NCBI GenBank assembly: GCA_947628675.1
Contig: CANRAR010000003.1
Coordinates: 11,114-75,113, forward strand
Length of the DNA stretch: 64,000 nt
Direction: 5' to 3'
DNA from: an uncultured Clostridia bacterium
Lineage (GTDB): Bacteria; Bacillota; Clostridia; Christensenellales; Borkfalkiaceae
Shown: in pieces, positions 52,620 to 61,890 of the stretch
Numbering within the stretch: position 1 is the first letter of the stretch
How the letters are laid out: the number at the start of each line of letters is the position of its first letter
The notes under the pieces: generated by a model
The model's input: only the letters and a program-made list of their open reading frames with translations
What the model was told of the DNA's origin: nothing
Database searches by the model: none
Translations under genes and position numbers: made by a program

Positions 52620-53192
52620 ATGCCGAGAGAGGCGAAGTTGAAAAGGGAACAGGTGCTTGCCGCGGCGGCGGAGATCATCCGCAGAGACGGCGAGGAAAAG
52701 GTAAACGCGCGGGCGATCGCAAAGGAACTCGGTTGCTCCACGCAGCCCGTGTATTCGCTCTTCCGCAGCATGGAGGCGCTGAAAGTTGCACTCACCGAGG
52801 AGGCAAAGCGGCGGTACCGCGCGCACATCGATGGGTACCTCGCGCAGGGCGGGCCCAGCCGCTACCGCTCGTACGGCATGGGGTTCGTGCGGTTCGCCCG
52901 CGACGAAAAAGGGCTGTTCCGCTTCCTCTTCCTCGGCGGAAAGCACATCACCGACCCCTTTTTCGAGGACATCGTGCGCGAGATGATGGCGGAATACCGT
53001 ATGCCCGAGGAGACGGCGCGCAATTTTCATGCCGATATGTCCGTCTTTTCCTTCGGGCTCGCCATGCTCGTAAACGGCAACAGCGGCGCCCTCACCGAGG
53101 AGGACATTGCAGACGCCTTCGCCCGCGAGTTCTTCGCATTGTACGGGCTGTATTTTCCCGACAGAGAACGCTTTTGGGAGAAAACAGAGTAG
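52620..53192 (+). CDS. TetR/AcrR family transcriptional regulator
   Basis: REQVLAAAAEIIRRDGEEKVNARAIAKELGCSTQPVYSLF is a TetR HTH. Start at the second ATG (52620), preceded by GGAGG. Confidence 0.85.
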   Translation: MPREAKLKREQVLAAAAEIIRRDGEEKVNARAIAKELGCSTQPVYSLFRSMEALKVALTEEAKRRYRAHIDGYLAQGGPSRYRSYGMGFVRFARDEKGLFRFLFLGGKHITDPFFEDIVREMMAEYRMPEETARNFHADMSVFSFGLAMLVNGNSGALTEEDIADAFAREFFALYGLYFPDRERFWEKTE

Positions 53193-53358
53193 GAGGGGAC
53201 ATCCTACCGCGGATAGAGACGTCGGGACACGTAGGCAGAAAGAAGGACGCGGGAAAAGATACACTTGCTTTCGCAGTGCGGGCGGGGCGGAATGACGCAT
53301 TGACGGAATGACGCAGATGAGAACAGTAGACGGAGCGTGAAAACGACAAGGGGAAACG

Positions 53359-53787
53359 ATGCGGAATTTTGGAATGAGTATGTTGTGGTTTTGGGTGTGT
53401 TATGTTTGCGTAACATGCGTGGGTATAGCGCACTGCGTGTTCAATATCAAGGTATTGCACATGAAGCCGATGGACGGCCATTCGATGGGCGAGGGCTATG
53501 AGGCGACCAAGCCGTGGCATCCGCTCTATAACATCGTGCTGTTTCCGCTCTTTGGTTGGCTCTATATGCGAGGGCTTACTGTGCCGACTGCGGCGGAAGC
53601 ATTGATTACGGGCGCCGTATGGGCGGGAATCTGCATTGTGTTCGACCTTGTGGGCTGGGTTTTGATCCCGCACCCGTGGCGGCTCACATTTCGGCAGTTC
53701 TACATCGAATATCAACCCCATATCACTTTGATTTATCTCATTATCTTTCTCTCGCCCCTTGTTGGGTTTGGATTTGCGATGCTGTAA
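53359..53787 (+). CDS. Small integral membrane protein, unknown function
   Basis: 142 aa with four hydrophobic segments. Lies between the TetR and ABC transporter genes. Confidence 0.5.
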   Translation: MRNFGMSMLWFWVCYVCVTCVGIAHCVFNIKVLHMKPMDGHSMGEGYEATKPWHPLYNIVLFPLFGWLYMRGLTVPTAAEALITGAVWAGICIVFDLVGWVLIPHPWRLTFRQFYIEYQPHITLIYLIIFLSPLVGFGFAML

Positions 53788-53796
53788 GGAGTTGAT

Positions 53797-54699
53797 ATGA
53801 ATGCGATCGAAATCGAACATCTGAAAAAATATTACGGCGAAGTGAAGGCCGTGGACGATGTCTCTTTCACCGTGGAGGAAGGGCAGTTCTTCGCTTTTCT
53901 CGGCGTGAACGGCGCGGGCAAGAGCACCACCATCTCCGTGCTGTGCGGCAGGCTCCCGCGCGACGGGGGCGAGGTGAAGATCGCGGGGCTGAATATCGAC
54001 GGCCACCTCGGCGAGGTAAAAAGCAGCCTCGGCGTAGTGTTTCAGGAGTGCGTTTTGGATAGGGCGCTCTCCGTGCGGGACAACCTCAAATACCGCGCCG
54101 CGCTGTACGGCATCACGGGGGAAAAGTTCGACGAAAAACTGCAAACGCTGTGCGATTTGTTCGATTTGGGCGGCTTTTTGAAGCGGCCGGTGGGCAAACT
54201 TTCGGGCGGGCAGCGGCGGCGGGTGGACATCGTGCGCGCCCTCGTCCACGACCCCAAGATCCTCATCTTGGACGAGCCGACGACGGGGCTCGACCCGCAG
54301 ACGCGCAGGAGCGTGTGGGACGCGGTGCACACCCTCCGCAGGGAGCGCGGGCTCACCGTATTTCTGACGACGCACTACATGGAGGAGGCGGCGGATGCCG
54401 ACCGCGTCGTCATTCTCGACGGCGGCAAGGTGCTCGCCGAGGGCACCCCGCTCGAACTTAAAAATGCGTACACGGGCGACTTTATCACCCTCTACGGCGC
54501 GGACGAAAACGACCTGCAAAAAATAGGGCTCACATACGAAAAAGTGGGGAATGGGGTGCGGATTTCCGTAAAAAACACCGCCGAGGCGACGGCGCTCATC
54601 CTGCAATATCCCGCCCTCTTCACCGACTACGAGGTGACGAAGGGCGGCATGGACGACGTGTTCCTCGCCGTGACGGGCAAGAGGGGAGAGAGGGTATGA
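53797..54699 (+). CDS. ABC transporter ATP-binding protein
   Basis: Walker A GVNGAGKST, signature LSGGQRRR, Walker B ILILDEPT. Confidence 0.92.
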   Translation: MNAIEIEHLKKYYGEVKAVDDVSFTVEEGQFFAFLGVNGAGKSTTISVLCGRLPRDGGEVKIAGLNIDGHLGEVKSSLGVVFQECVLDRALSVRDNLKYRAALYGITGEKFDEKLQTLCDLFDLGGFLKRPVGKLSGGQRRRVDIVRALVHDPKILILDEPTTGLDPQTRRSVWDAVHTLRRERGLTVFLTTHYMEEAADADRVVILDGGKVLAEGTPLELKNAYTGDFITLYGADENDLQKIGLTYEKVGNGVRISVKNTAEATALILQYPALFTDYEVTKGGMDDVFLAVTGKRGERV

Positions 54700-55601
54700 C
54701 GACATTACGCTATCTGGTTGCGCGCAACTGTAAGTTGTTCTTCAAGGATAAGGGGGTGCTGCTTCCCTCCCTTCTCGCGCCGCTCATCCTCCTCTTCCTC
54801 TTCATCGCCTTTTTGGGGAACGTCTACCGCGATAGCATCCGCTCGGTCGTCGAAGAGGGCGGGTTTTCGCTCTCGGGCGGGCTCGTGGAGAGCATCGCAA
54901 GCGGTTGGCTCGTCTCCTCCCTTCTCGCCGTGTGCGCGGTGACCATCGCCTTCACCGCCAACCTCATCATGGTGCAGGACAAGGTGACGGGCGCCATCAA
55001 CGATTTGTATGTGACCCCCGTAAAACGCCAAACGCTGTCGGTTTCCTACTTTGTCTCCACCTATCTGGTGACGGCTTGCGTATGCTTTATCGCGCTCGGC
55101 GCGGGGTTTGTCTACATGGCAATCGCGGGGTGGCACCTCTCGGCGGGGGACGTCTTTCTCACCGTGGCGGACGTCCTGCTTCTCGTGCTGTTCGGAACGG
55201 GGCTCTCCTCCGTCGTGTGCCGTTTTTTGAAGTCGCAGGGGGGGATCGCCGCGGTGCAGGCGACCGTCTCCTCGGCGTACGGCTTTCTGTGCGGCGCGTA
55301 TATGCCCCTTGCGAACATGGCGGCGTGGCTGAAAAATGCCGTCATGTGCCTGCCGGGGATGTACGGCACGGGGCTATTGCATGAGCACCTCATGGGCGGC
55401 GCCATCGAGGCGGTGACGGGCGAGGGCGTTCCCCCGCAGTTTGTGACGGCGCTCAAGGAGGGGTTCGATTGCTCGCTCGATTTCTTCGGGCACACCGTTC
55501 CCGAATGGACGTGCTATTTGGTGCTCGGCGTTGCCGCCGCCGTGCTCGTGGGGATATTCGTCCTGCTGTGCACGTGGAAGAAAAAGCGCCGCGGAGATTG
55601 A
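54696..55601 (+). CDS. ABC-2 type transporter permease
   Basis: 301 aa with six TM segments. The start overlaps the ATPase stop (ATGA). Confidence 0.8.
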   Translation: MTTLRYLVARNCKLFFKDKGVLLPSLLAPLILLFLFIAFLGNVYRDSIRSVVEEGGFSLSGGLVESIASGWLVSSLLAVCAVTIAFTANLIMVQDKVTGAINDLYVTPVKRQTLSVSYFVSTYLVTACVCFIALGAGFVYMAIAGWHLSAGDVFLTVADVLLLVLFGTGLSSVVCRFLKSQGGIAAVQATVSSAYGFLCGAYMPLANMAAWLKNAVMCLPGMYGTGLLHEHLMGGAIEAVTGEGVPPQFVTALKEGFDCSLDFFGHTVPEWTCYLVLGVAAAVLVGIFVLLCTWKKKRRGD

Positions 55602-55632
55602 GGGCGAAAGCGCCCCGTTTCCCCCATAAAAG

Positions 55633-55669
55633 CAAAAAAAAGCGGTTTGAGCGTTTCAAACCGTTTTTT
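55633..55669. terminator. Bidirectional terminator
   Basis: A8, CGGTTTGA-GCGT-TTCAAACCG, T6. Confidence 0.7.
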
Positions 55670-55695
55670 GTTTGGGGATAGACGCCGATGCGCGT

Positions 55696-55893
55696 CTATT
55701 TTTCATATTGGATAATATCCTCCACGCGGCAGTCCAAAATTTCGCAAAAATCGTCGATCTTTGCGGTACTGATGCCGTTTCCCTTTTTCATGCGGTCGAT
55801 GGTTGCGCTGCTGATATTGTGTTGGTGGATGAGCGCATACGTCGTGACCCCTTTCCTCTTCAGCGTCTGCCAAAACGGAGCATAGCTTATCAT
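55696..55893 (-). CDS. XRE-family HTH regulator (65 aa)
   Basis: FWQTLKRKGVTTYALIHQHNISSATIDRMKKGNGISTAKIDDFCEILDCRVEDII is a typical short Cro/C1 protein. Confidence 0.85.
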   Translation of the reverse strand: MISYAPFWQTLKRKGVTTYALIHQHNISSATIDRMKKGNGISTAKIDDFCEILDCRVEDIIQYEK

Positions 55894-55990
55894 ATTTTTA
55901 TTATAAATTCATGTTATTTTCTTGACAATACTCATAATTATGACTATAATGAGAGAAAAAATGCCGTAAAACGGCGAAAAGGAGAAAATT

Positions 55991-56740
55991 ATGAAAAAAA
56001 GAGTAGTGTTCGGTTTGGTCTCGGCTGCGCTTGCCGCCGTGATGTGCATCGGGTTCGCGGGCTGCGGCGGCTCGAAGGCGGAGAGCATCAAGGGGGAAGA
56101 GGTCACCGAAAAACAGTGGGATAAGGCCTTTGACTATTTCACGGAAGAGGACGCAAAGTATACGATCTCGTACAGCGAGGAATGGACGACGGAGTACAAG
56201 TTCGTCTATCTCGATGAAAAATTATCGGGAAGCGGGAAGGACGTAAGAACCATCGATGCGGTCAAAAACGGCGCGAAGGAATATGTCAAGCAGACGGATA
56301 CGATAGAATTTTCGGGCGATATGAAGAAGATCGCCGCGGCGCTGGACGATGAGGTCGAGGAAAAAGAGGAGACGGAGGAGACCTACGCCGAATTCAAGAG
56401 CGGCGCCTATACCGTGTACACGCAGGACGATGACGACAAGTGGGGGACAAGTCAGGCAGACCGCACCATCATCCCGTTTGAAAGGGTGACCGGGGGTCTT
56501 TCGTTCGATTACAGTTCGTATGAGTACAGTTCGGATATGAAGGGGTACATCCTGAAGGGAGCCATCAAAAACGGGTATATGTACGTGGTGAAATTCAACA
56601 GTGACGGGCAACTCAGCGCCATTTCTTACACGCTCGAAAGGACTACGAAGTCGGGAAGTTACGAGGAAACGACGACGCGGGTGCTCAGCGTCGTGATCGA
56701 ATATAAGGCGGATGAAATCACCTTGCCGACAGTCGGTTGA
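55991..56740 (+). CDS. Lipoprotein of unknown function
   Basis: Lipobox IGFAGC after a signal peptide. 249 aa. Confidence 0.65.
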   Translation: MKKRVVFGLVSAALAAVMCIGFAGCGGSKAESIKGEEVTEKQWDKAFDYFTEEDAKYTISYSEEWTTEYKFVYLDEKLSGSGKDVRTIDAVKNGAKEYVKQTDTIEFSGDMKKIAAALDDEVEEKEETEETYAEFKSGAYTVYTQDDDDKWGTSQADRTIIPFERVTGGLSFDYSSYEYSSDMKGYILKGAIKNGYMYVVKFNSDGQLSAISYTLERTTKSGSYEETTTRVLSVVIEYKADEITLPTVG

Positions 56741-56949
56741 TTGTAAAAAAACAGAAGAATCGGCGCTTTCGGGCGCCGGTTTTTTTATGGGGTGAAGTGT
56801 CAAACCGAGCATAACGTTTATTGAGATTTTGTTTAAGATGGATTGCCGCCCGCGCCGATAGGCGCGGGCGGCAAAATTATTTTTCGGGATAAAAATTTTT
56901 TCAAAAAAGTCTGTCATACACGCCCGTATTTTCGCGCCCCCCATGTTAC

Positions 56950-57200
56950 AATAAAATCGGAGAAAGCGAAAGGGGGAGCAAAAGTCATGTGCGGAAAGTC
57001 GGGCGCGCAAAAGTCGGAGAATGTGCGGGGCGTGACAAAAATCGGAGAATGCAAAAGGCGGGAGAATGGAAGTCGGAAAATGCAAATATCGGAGAATGCG
57101 AGAGGCGGAAAATGAAAATCGGAAAAATGAAAATCGAAAAAAGCGAAAGCCGGAAAATGCAAGGGAGAACAAAGTCGGAATATGCGAGGGCAGAGCAAAA
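56950..57200. repeat. Array of about 9-10 degenerate (A/G)TCGGARAATGC units, irregular 16-28-nt spacing
   Basis: ATCGGAGAAAGCG, GTCGGGCGCGC, GTCGGAGAATGTG, ATCGGAGAATGCA, GGGAGAATGGA, GTCGGAAAATGCA, ATCGGAGAATGCG, ATCGGAAAAATGA, GCCGGAAAATGCA, GTCGGAATATGCG read in series. Confidence 0.6.
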
Positions 57201-57224
57201 GAGCGGCGGCGCGGAAAAAAATTA

Positions 57225-57291
57225 TCCCTCCCCCCGCGGCGCGCAGTTCTCCCCCCTACGGGGGGAGAACTGCGCGCCGCGGGGGGAGGGA
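57225..57291. repeat. 67-nt perfect GC palindrome centred on CCCCCCTACGGGGGG
   Basis: TCCCTCCCCCCGCGGCGCGCAGTTCTCCCCCC-TAC-GGGGGGAGAACTGCGCGCCGCGGGGGGAGGGA. Related to 40208-40272. Confidence 0.85.
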
Positions 57292-57451
57292 TAAAAGGGA
57301 AAACAAAAATGTGGGAAGAAGGGCAAATGCCGCGGCGGGAGCGCATCTTGTCTTTCAAATGGAATTCGAGCAAAAGAGCGAAAATTTTTTGGGAAAAACT
57401 GTCTCAATCGCAAAAAAATATGCTATGATACGGGTTAGGACGGAGGAAAGC

Positions 57452-59827
57452 GTGAGCATCACGGAAAAGGGCAAATCAGGCGTTCGGGAACGGCTGGATC
57501 CCAAAAAGAATGCGGATAAGGCGTGGTATCTCTCCCTGCTCGATGAGGGGGAGCAGATCTCCTATGAGGAAGAGCACCTCGAAGCCGTTTTGAAAATGCT
57601 CAAATCCTTCTACATTCTCCTCTTCCGCAAGAAGATCGCCTCGCTCGAGGAGGAAATTTCCGCCATCCGCGCGCAGGAAAAATACAGCGCGGACGATTAC
57701 AGGACGATCCTCGAAAAGAACGCCTTGATTTCCGCCGAGAACAAAAAACTCAACGCCTACAAGTGCTTTTTCACCGAGCCCTACTTCGCCCGCATGGACG
57801 TCGTGGATAAAAGGGAGGGCTACAACAGTTACTACATCGGCAAGAAGGGGGATGTGCACCTCGAGATCGTCGATTGGCGCGCCCCGCTCGCCGTCCGCTA
57901 CTACCAAAAGAGCCGTGTGCAGTTCTCCATCAACGAATACGATTACCGCACCGTTTTGCGCCGTGCGCTCTCCGTGAAGAACGGCAAACTTTTGGAATAC
58001 CGCAACGAATATCTCTCCGTGCGCGATGTGCTGACGCCCGAGGAGATCGCGGGGCGGGACGAGGAAATTTTATTCGACCCCTACCTTCGCAGCATCATCA
58101 AGAGCCGCAAGGACGACGTGCACGTCCGCGACATCATCCAGACCATTCAGGAGCAGCAGTTCGAGATCATCACCCGCCCCGAGCGGGAGAGTTTCGTCCT
58201 CCAAGGGTGCGCGGGCAGCGGCAAGACCATGATCTTATTGCACCGCCTCAGCTACCTCATGTACAACAACGAGGCGCTCAGGCCGCGCGACGTGCTCGTC
58301 ATCACCCCGTCGGATAGTTTCAACGCCTTCATCGACGAACTCGCGCAGGTGCTCGAACTGCAGCGCGTCAAGACCATCACGCTGAAAAATTATTTCTTCC
58401 AGACCCTCCTTGCCGAGGGCATCGACCTCAATGCCAAGATGGGGACGGAAAAGGAGCCCGAGGAGTACCTTTCCTACCTCTATTCGCCCCGCTTCACCGA
58501 GGATACGAAGCGGCGCGTCAAAAAAATTTACGGCGACATCTACGGGCTGTTCGCGGGGGAGGAGTGCCGCGAAGTCGCGGAAAACGTCCTCAACGATTGC
58601 CGCCGCCGCCAAGCGCTCTACACCCGCGTGAAGAACGCCTCCGTGCGGGTGCGCCGCGCCGTGCTCGGCGAGATGAAGGACGATAAGGAGGGCGGCTTCT
58701 ACTTTACGAAGCCCTTCCGTATGCTCATGAGCGCGTTTGTGGGCGTGGAGGATTTCCTCGGCTACGTGCTCGCGGGCAAGGTGAAAACGCCCGATCGGCT
58801 CTTCCGCGAATTTCTCGATTTTTACCGCTCGGCGAAGTACATCGCGGGGGGCGCGGACAAGATCTTCGCCCGCGCGCGGGACGATTTGGCGGCGCTTTGC
58901 GACCTCGTGGGCAGGGAGATCGTCGATCTCAAGCGGTACCGCCAGCGCAAGGGGAGCGCCGAGGTGTACACCTACGCCGAGCGCATCGCGCGCAGGGAGG
59001 AACTCATCGGCGAGGCGGAAAAAATTTCGGGCGTCGTCGCGGAGATGGCGGAGGGCGTCGATCTCTTCCGCGAATTTTTCGCCGTCATGCGGCTGACGGG
59101 GCACTGCGCCGAACTCGGCAAGTGCAAGACGCCCGTGGATATTGCGCGGTGGCTGTACCGCGAAACGGTGAAGCGCGCCAAGCGCAAATTCGGTATGAAG
59201 GGCATCTATCCCTCGGACGGGTACGCCCTCGCCTATGTGCTCGCGGCGGCGGGCAGACAGCTGACGCCCCGCTACGGGCTCGTGTTCGTGGACGAGGGGC
59301 AGGACATCTCGGAGGGGGAGTACGAACTTCTGCGCACCATCCACGGCGACGCGGCGTTCAACGTGTTCGGCGACCTCAAACAGAACATCACCCCGTGGCG
59401 CGGCGTGAAGGATTGGACGCCCGTCGCGGAACACGTGTACACCCTCAACCAAAATTACCGCAACACCAACGAGATCGTGGACTTCGTGGCGAAGATCCCC
59501 GACGTGGAGATGAAGTCCATCGGGCTCCACGGCGAGGAGGTGAAGCGGTTGAAGGCGCGGGGCTTGGGCTCGTGGCTCAAGGAGGGCGCGGGGCTCAAAG
59601 CCGTCATCGCGCGGGAGGAATACCTGCCCCTCTTTGCAAAGCGCGGCTTTAAGATGCTCGCCTCGGACGGAAAAATTTCCAAGACGAAGGTCAACGTGAT
59701 GAGCGTGTACGAGAGCAAGGGGCTGGAATTTTCCTCCGTCGCCGTCTACGACAGGGACATGACGGAGAACGAAAAATATATCGCCTACACCCGCGCGCTC
59801 GGCAGGCTCGCACTCATAGAGGACTGA
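57452..59827 (+). CDS. helD: HelD-type (helicase IV-like) SF1 helicase / RNA polymerase recycling ATPase
   Basis: YFARMDVVDKREGYNSYYIGKKG...VDWRAPLAVRYYQ (HelD N-terminal signature), Walker A GCAGSGKTM, VFVDEGQD, and a C-terminal SVYESKGLEF...YIAYTRA. Start is GTG 57452 (GGAGG RBS) or ATG 57425. The upstream track ORF is repeat DNA. Confidence 0.8.
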   Translation: MSITEKGKSGVRERLDPKKNADKAWYLSLLDEGEQISYEEEHLEAVLKMLKSFYILLFRKKIASLEEEISAIRAQEKYSADDYRTILEKNALISAENKKLNAYKCFFTEPYFARMDVVDKREGYNSYYIGKKGDVHLEIVDWRAPLAVRYYQKSRVQFSINEYDYRTVLRRALSVKNGKLLEYRNEYLSVRDVLTPEEIAGRDEEILFDPYLRSIIKSRKDDVHVRDIIQTIQEQQFEIITRPERESFVLQGCAGSGKTMILLHRLSYLMYNNEALRPRDVLVITPSDSFNAFIDELAQVLELQRVKTITLKNYFFQTLLAEGIDLNAKMGTEKEPEEYLSYLYSPRFTEDTKRRVKKIYGDIYGLFAGEECREVAENVLNDCRRRQALYTRVKNASVRVRRAVLGEMKDDKEGGFYFTKPFRMLMSAFVGVEDFLGYVLAGKVKTPDRLFREFLDFYRSAKYIAGGADKIFARARDDLAALCDLVGREIVDLKRYRQRKGSAEVYTYAERIARREELIGEAEKISGVVAEMAEGVDLFREFFAVMRLTGHCAELGKCKTPVDIARWLYRETVKRAKRKFGMKGIYPSDGYALAYVLAAAGRQLTPRYGLVFVDEGQDISEGEYELLRTIHGDAAFNVFGDLKQNITPWRGVKDWTPVAEHVYTLNQNYRNTNEIVDFVAKIPDVEMKSIGLHGEEVKRLKARGLGSWLKEGAGLKAVIAREEYLPLFAKRGFKMLASDGKISKTKVNVMSVYESKGLEFSSVAVYDRDMTENEKYIAYTRALGRLALIED

Positions 59828-60496
59828 ATGAAGGACATCTTTTTTCTCGACATGGACGCAACGCTTTTAGACTTTGCGCGGGCGGAGCGGACAAATTTTT
59901 TCCGCGCGCTCGGCGCCTGCGGCATTTCGGCGGACGACGGCGTGTATGCGCGCTTCCACGAGATCAACGACGGGCTGTGGAAACTCCTCGAAAAGGGCGG
60001 CATTTCGCGGGCAGAACTCACGGTGCGGCGGTTTGTTCTCCTCTTTGAAGAGATGGGGCTTACGGGCGCGGAGGACGCCGCGCGGGAGTACTACGAGGGG
60101 TTCCCCGAAATTTGCTTCCCCTTTGAGGGGGCAACGGAATTTTTGAAGAAACTTGCCGCGCGCGGGCGGGTGTACATTGTGACCAATGGCGGGGCGCGCA
60201 TCCAGCGGCGGCACATTGAGATTGCGGGCTTTGCGCCCTACCTTGCGGGCGTGTTCATCTCCGAGGAGGTGGGCGCGGACAAGCCCTCCTTCGCCTATGT
60301 GGGCTACGTGGAGGCGCACACGGCGGGGTTTGCACGGGAGTGTGCCGTGCTCCTCGGCGACAGCCTGACCTCGGACATGGTATGCGCCGAGCGCATGGGC
60401 GTGGACTTCGTACTGTTCTCGCCGGGGGGCAAGCCCGTTGGCTACGGGGGGAAGGTCGCAAGAAATTATGAAGAGGCGCTGTCGCTGATGTGTTGA
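59828..60496 (+). CDS. HAD-superfamily hydrolase (YjjG-like nucleotidase type)
   Basis: FFLDMDATLLDF (DxDxT motif I), VTNG (motif II) and GDSLTSD (motif IV). Confidence 0.8.
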   Translation: MKDIFFLDMDATLLDFARAERTNFFRALGACGISADDGVYARFHEINDGLWKLLEKGGISRAELTVRRFVLLFEEMGLTGAEDAAREYYEGFPEICFPFEGATEFLKKLAARGRVYIVTNGGARIQRRHIEIAGFAPYLAGVFISEEVGADKPSFAYVGYVEAHTAGFARECAVLLGDSLTSDMVCAERMGVDFVLFSPGGKPVGYGGKVARNYEEALSLMC

Positions 60497-61521
60497 GCGG
60501 CGAAGAAATTTTTGTTGTAGAGAACGGAGGGATGCCGCGGGGCGATCGCCTCCGTTTTTTTGTGGCAGGAAAACGCCTCTTCCCTCTCGCCGAGCGCCCA
60601 GTGGCAGACGACGAGCCCGAGGAGGGGGATGAGGTCGCGGCAGGCGGGGAGTTCGAAATCTCCCTCGGCGGCGTGATCCTCGCAGAGCATGGCGGCGCGG
60701 TACCAAAAGACCGCCTCGCGCGGACGGGCGAGGGAAGAAAGCCGTGCGGCGATCTCGCAGAGGACGGAGGCGCGGGGCGCGCCGTATTCCAGAGAGCGAT
60801 AGAGGGGCGCAAGCGAGGCCGCGGCGCCGCGGGTCTTGAGAAGGCAGAGGGAGAGCGTCTTGCAGGCCTCGATCTTGTTGACATACCACCCGCCGCCCTG
60901 CAAAAAGCGTGTGAGCACGGCCTCCGCCTCCTTGTACTCGCCGCCGTCGCTAAGTTCCCGCCCGAAGTAGAAGAGATCCCGCCCCGCGAGGGGCTCCTCC
61001 TCTGCCCATTTGCGGTAGATTTGAAGGTTGCGCGCCGTGTGGAGCGCTTCGCCGCGGTGCGAAATGCGGAGGTCGAAGCGCACGACGTTCCCGCGCACCT
61101 CGATGCACTCGTGCACCCTGCCCCGCCAAGAAAAATTTGCCGCGCGGCGCAAAAACCGCTCGCGGTAAAAGACGGCGCCGCCCACCTCGTACGGGCAGAG
61201 AACGGCGTCGGGCGCTTCCTCCAAAAGGGCGCGGAGGGCGGGGAATTTTTCCCGCTCGGAGGGGGGAAGAACGTCGTCGGCGTCCAGCCAAAAGAGGTAG
61301 TCGCCCGAGGCGAGCGAGAAGGCGTAGTTGCGGGCGGCGGCAAAATCGTCCGTCCACGCAAAGGAGTGAACGGCGCCGCACTGCGCTGCGATGGCGGGCG
61401 TACCGTCGTCGGAGCCCGTATCCACCACAATTATCTCATCGGCAAGGCCGCCCGCGCTTTCAAGGCACCGCGCGAGCGTCTTTTCTTCGTTTTTCACGAT
61501 CATGCAGAGAGAAATTTTCAT
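60466..61521 (-). CDS. Family 2 glycosyltransferase with a C-terminal TPR-like domain
   Basis: MKISLCMIVKNEEKTLARCLES...IIVVDTGSDDGT...WLDADD (GT2 DxD), followed by a helical-repeat C-terminus. Start at ATG 61521. Confidence 0.8.
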   Translation of the reverse strand: MKISLCMIVKNEEKTLARCLESAGGLADEIIVVDTGSDDGTPAIAAQCGAVHSFAWTDDFAAARNYAFSLASGDYLFWLDADDVLPPSEREKFPALRALLEEAPDAVLCPYEVGGAVFYRERFLRRAANFSWRGRVHECIEVRGNVVRFDLRISHRGEALHTARNLQIYRKWAEEEPLAGRDLFYFGRELSDGGEYKEAEAVLTRFLQGGGWYVNKIEACKTLSLCLLKTRGAAASLAPLYRSLEYGAPRASVLCEIAARLSSLARPREAVFWYRAAMLCEDHAAEGDFELPACRDLIPLLGLVVCHWALGEREEAFSCHKKTEAIAPRHPSVLYNKNFFAAQHISDSASS

Positions 61522-61890
61522 GCCGCCTCCCGCCATGTACAGGATATGTGGAAAGGGGAAAAGCGGTGCGCTTTTGCGCGCAGTACCTCTAAAAAGCCCC
61601 TTGCTTTTCCCCGCCGCGGCTTGTTCGGCGGGCGGAAAGCGGGGAATGGGGCGAGATATGGCGGTGCGCGGGAAATGGCATTTTTGCACGAAAAACGGCG
61701 GGAAATGTCGCGCGAATTATTCCGCTGCCGTTGACTTCCCATAAAAAGGGGACTATAATTGATTTAATTTGTGAAACAATTGCATCCGCGAAACGCGGCA
61801 GCGCAGGGCGGGTGCGGCGGGTTTCGCGGATTTCACATTTTTTACATTTCGTGACTTGAAAGTTTTCAGCGTTTGGAGGGTTTCAAGATT

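Noticed and set aside
56950-57200. CRISPR array interpretation of the short-repeat arrays (also 5075-5210).
   Set aside because: The repeat units are only ~10-12 nt, degenerate and irregularly spaced. There are no unique spacers of uniform length and no cas genes in the window.
60255-61734. Alternative-frame ORFs 60255..61430 (-) and 60490..61734 (+) overlapping the GT2-TPR gene.
   Set aside because: The frame beginning MKISLCMIVKNEEKT...DTGSDDGT...DADD carries the GT2 motifs. The other frames are Arg/Pro/Ala-rich nonsense.
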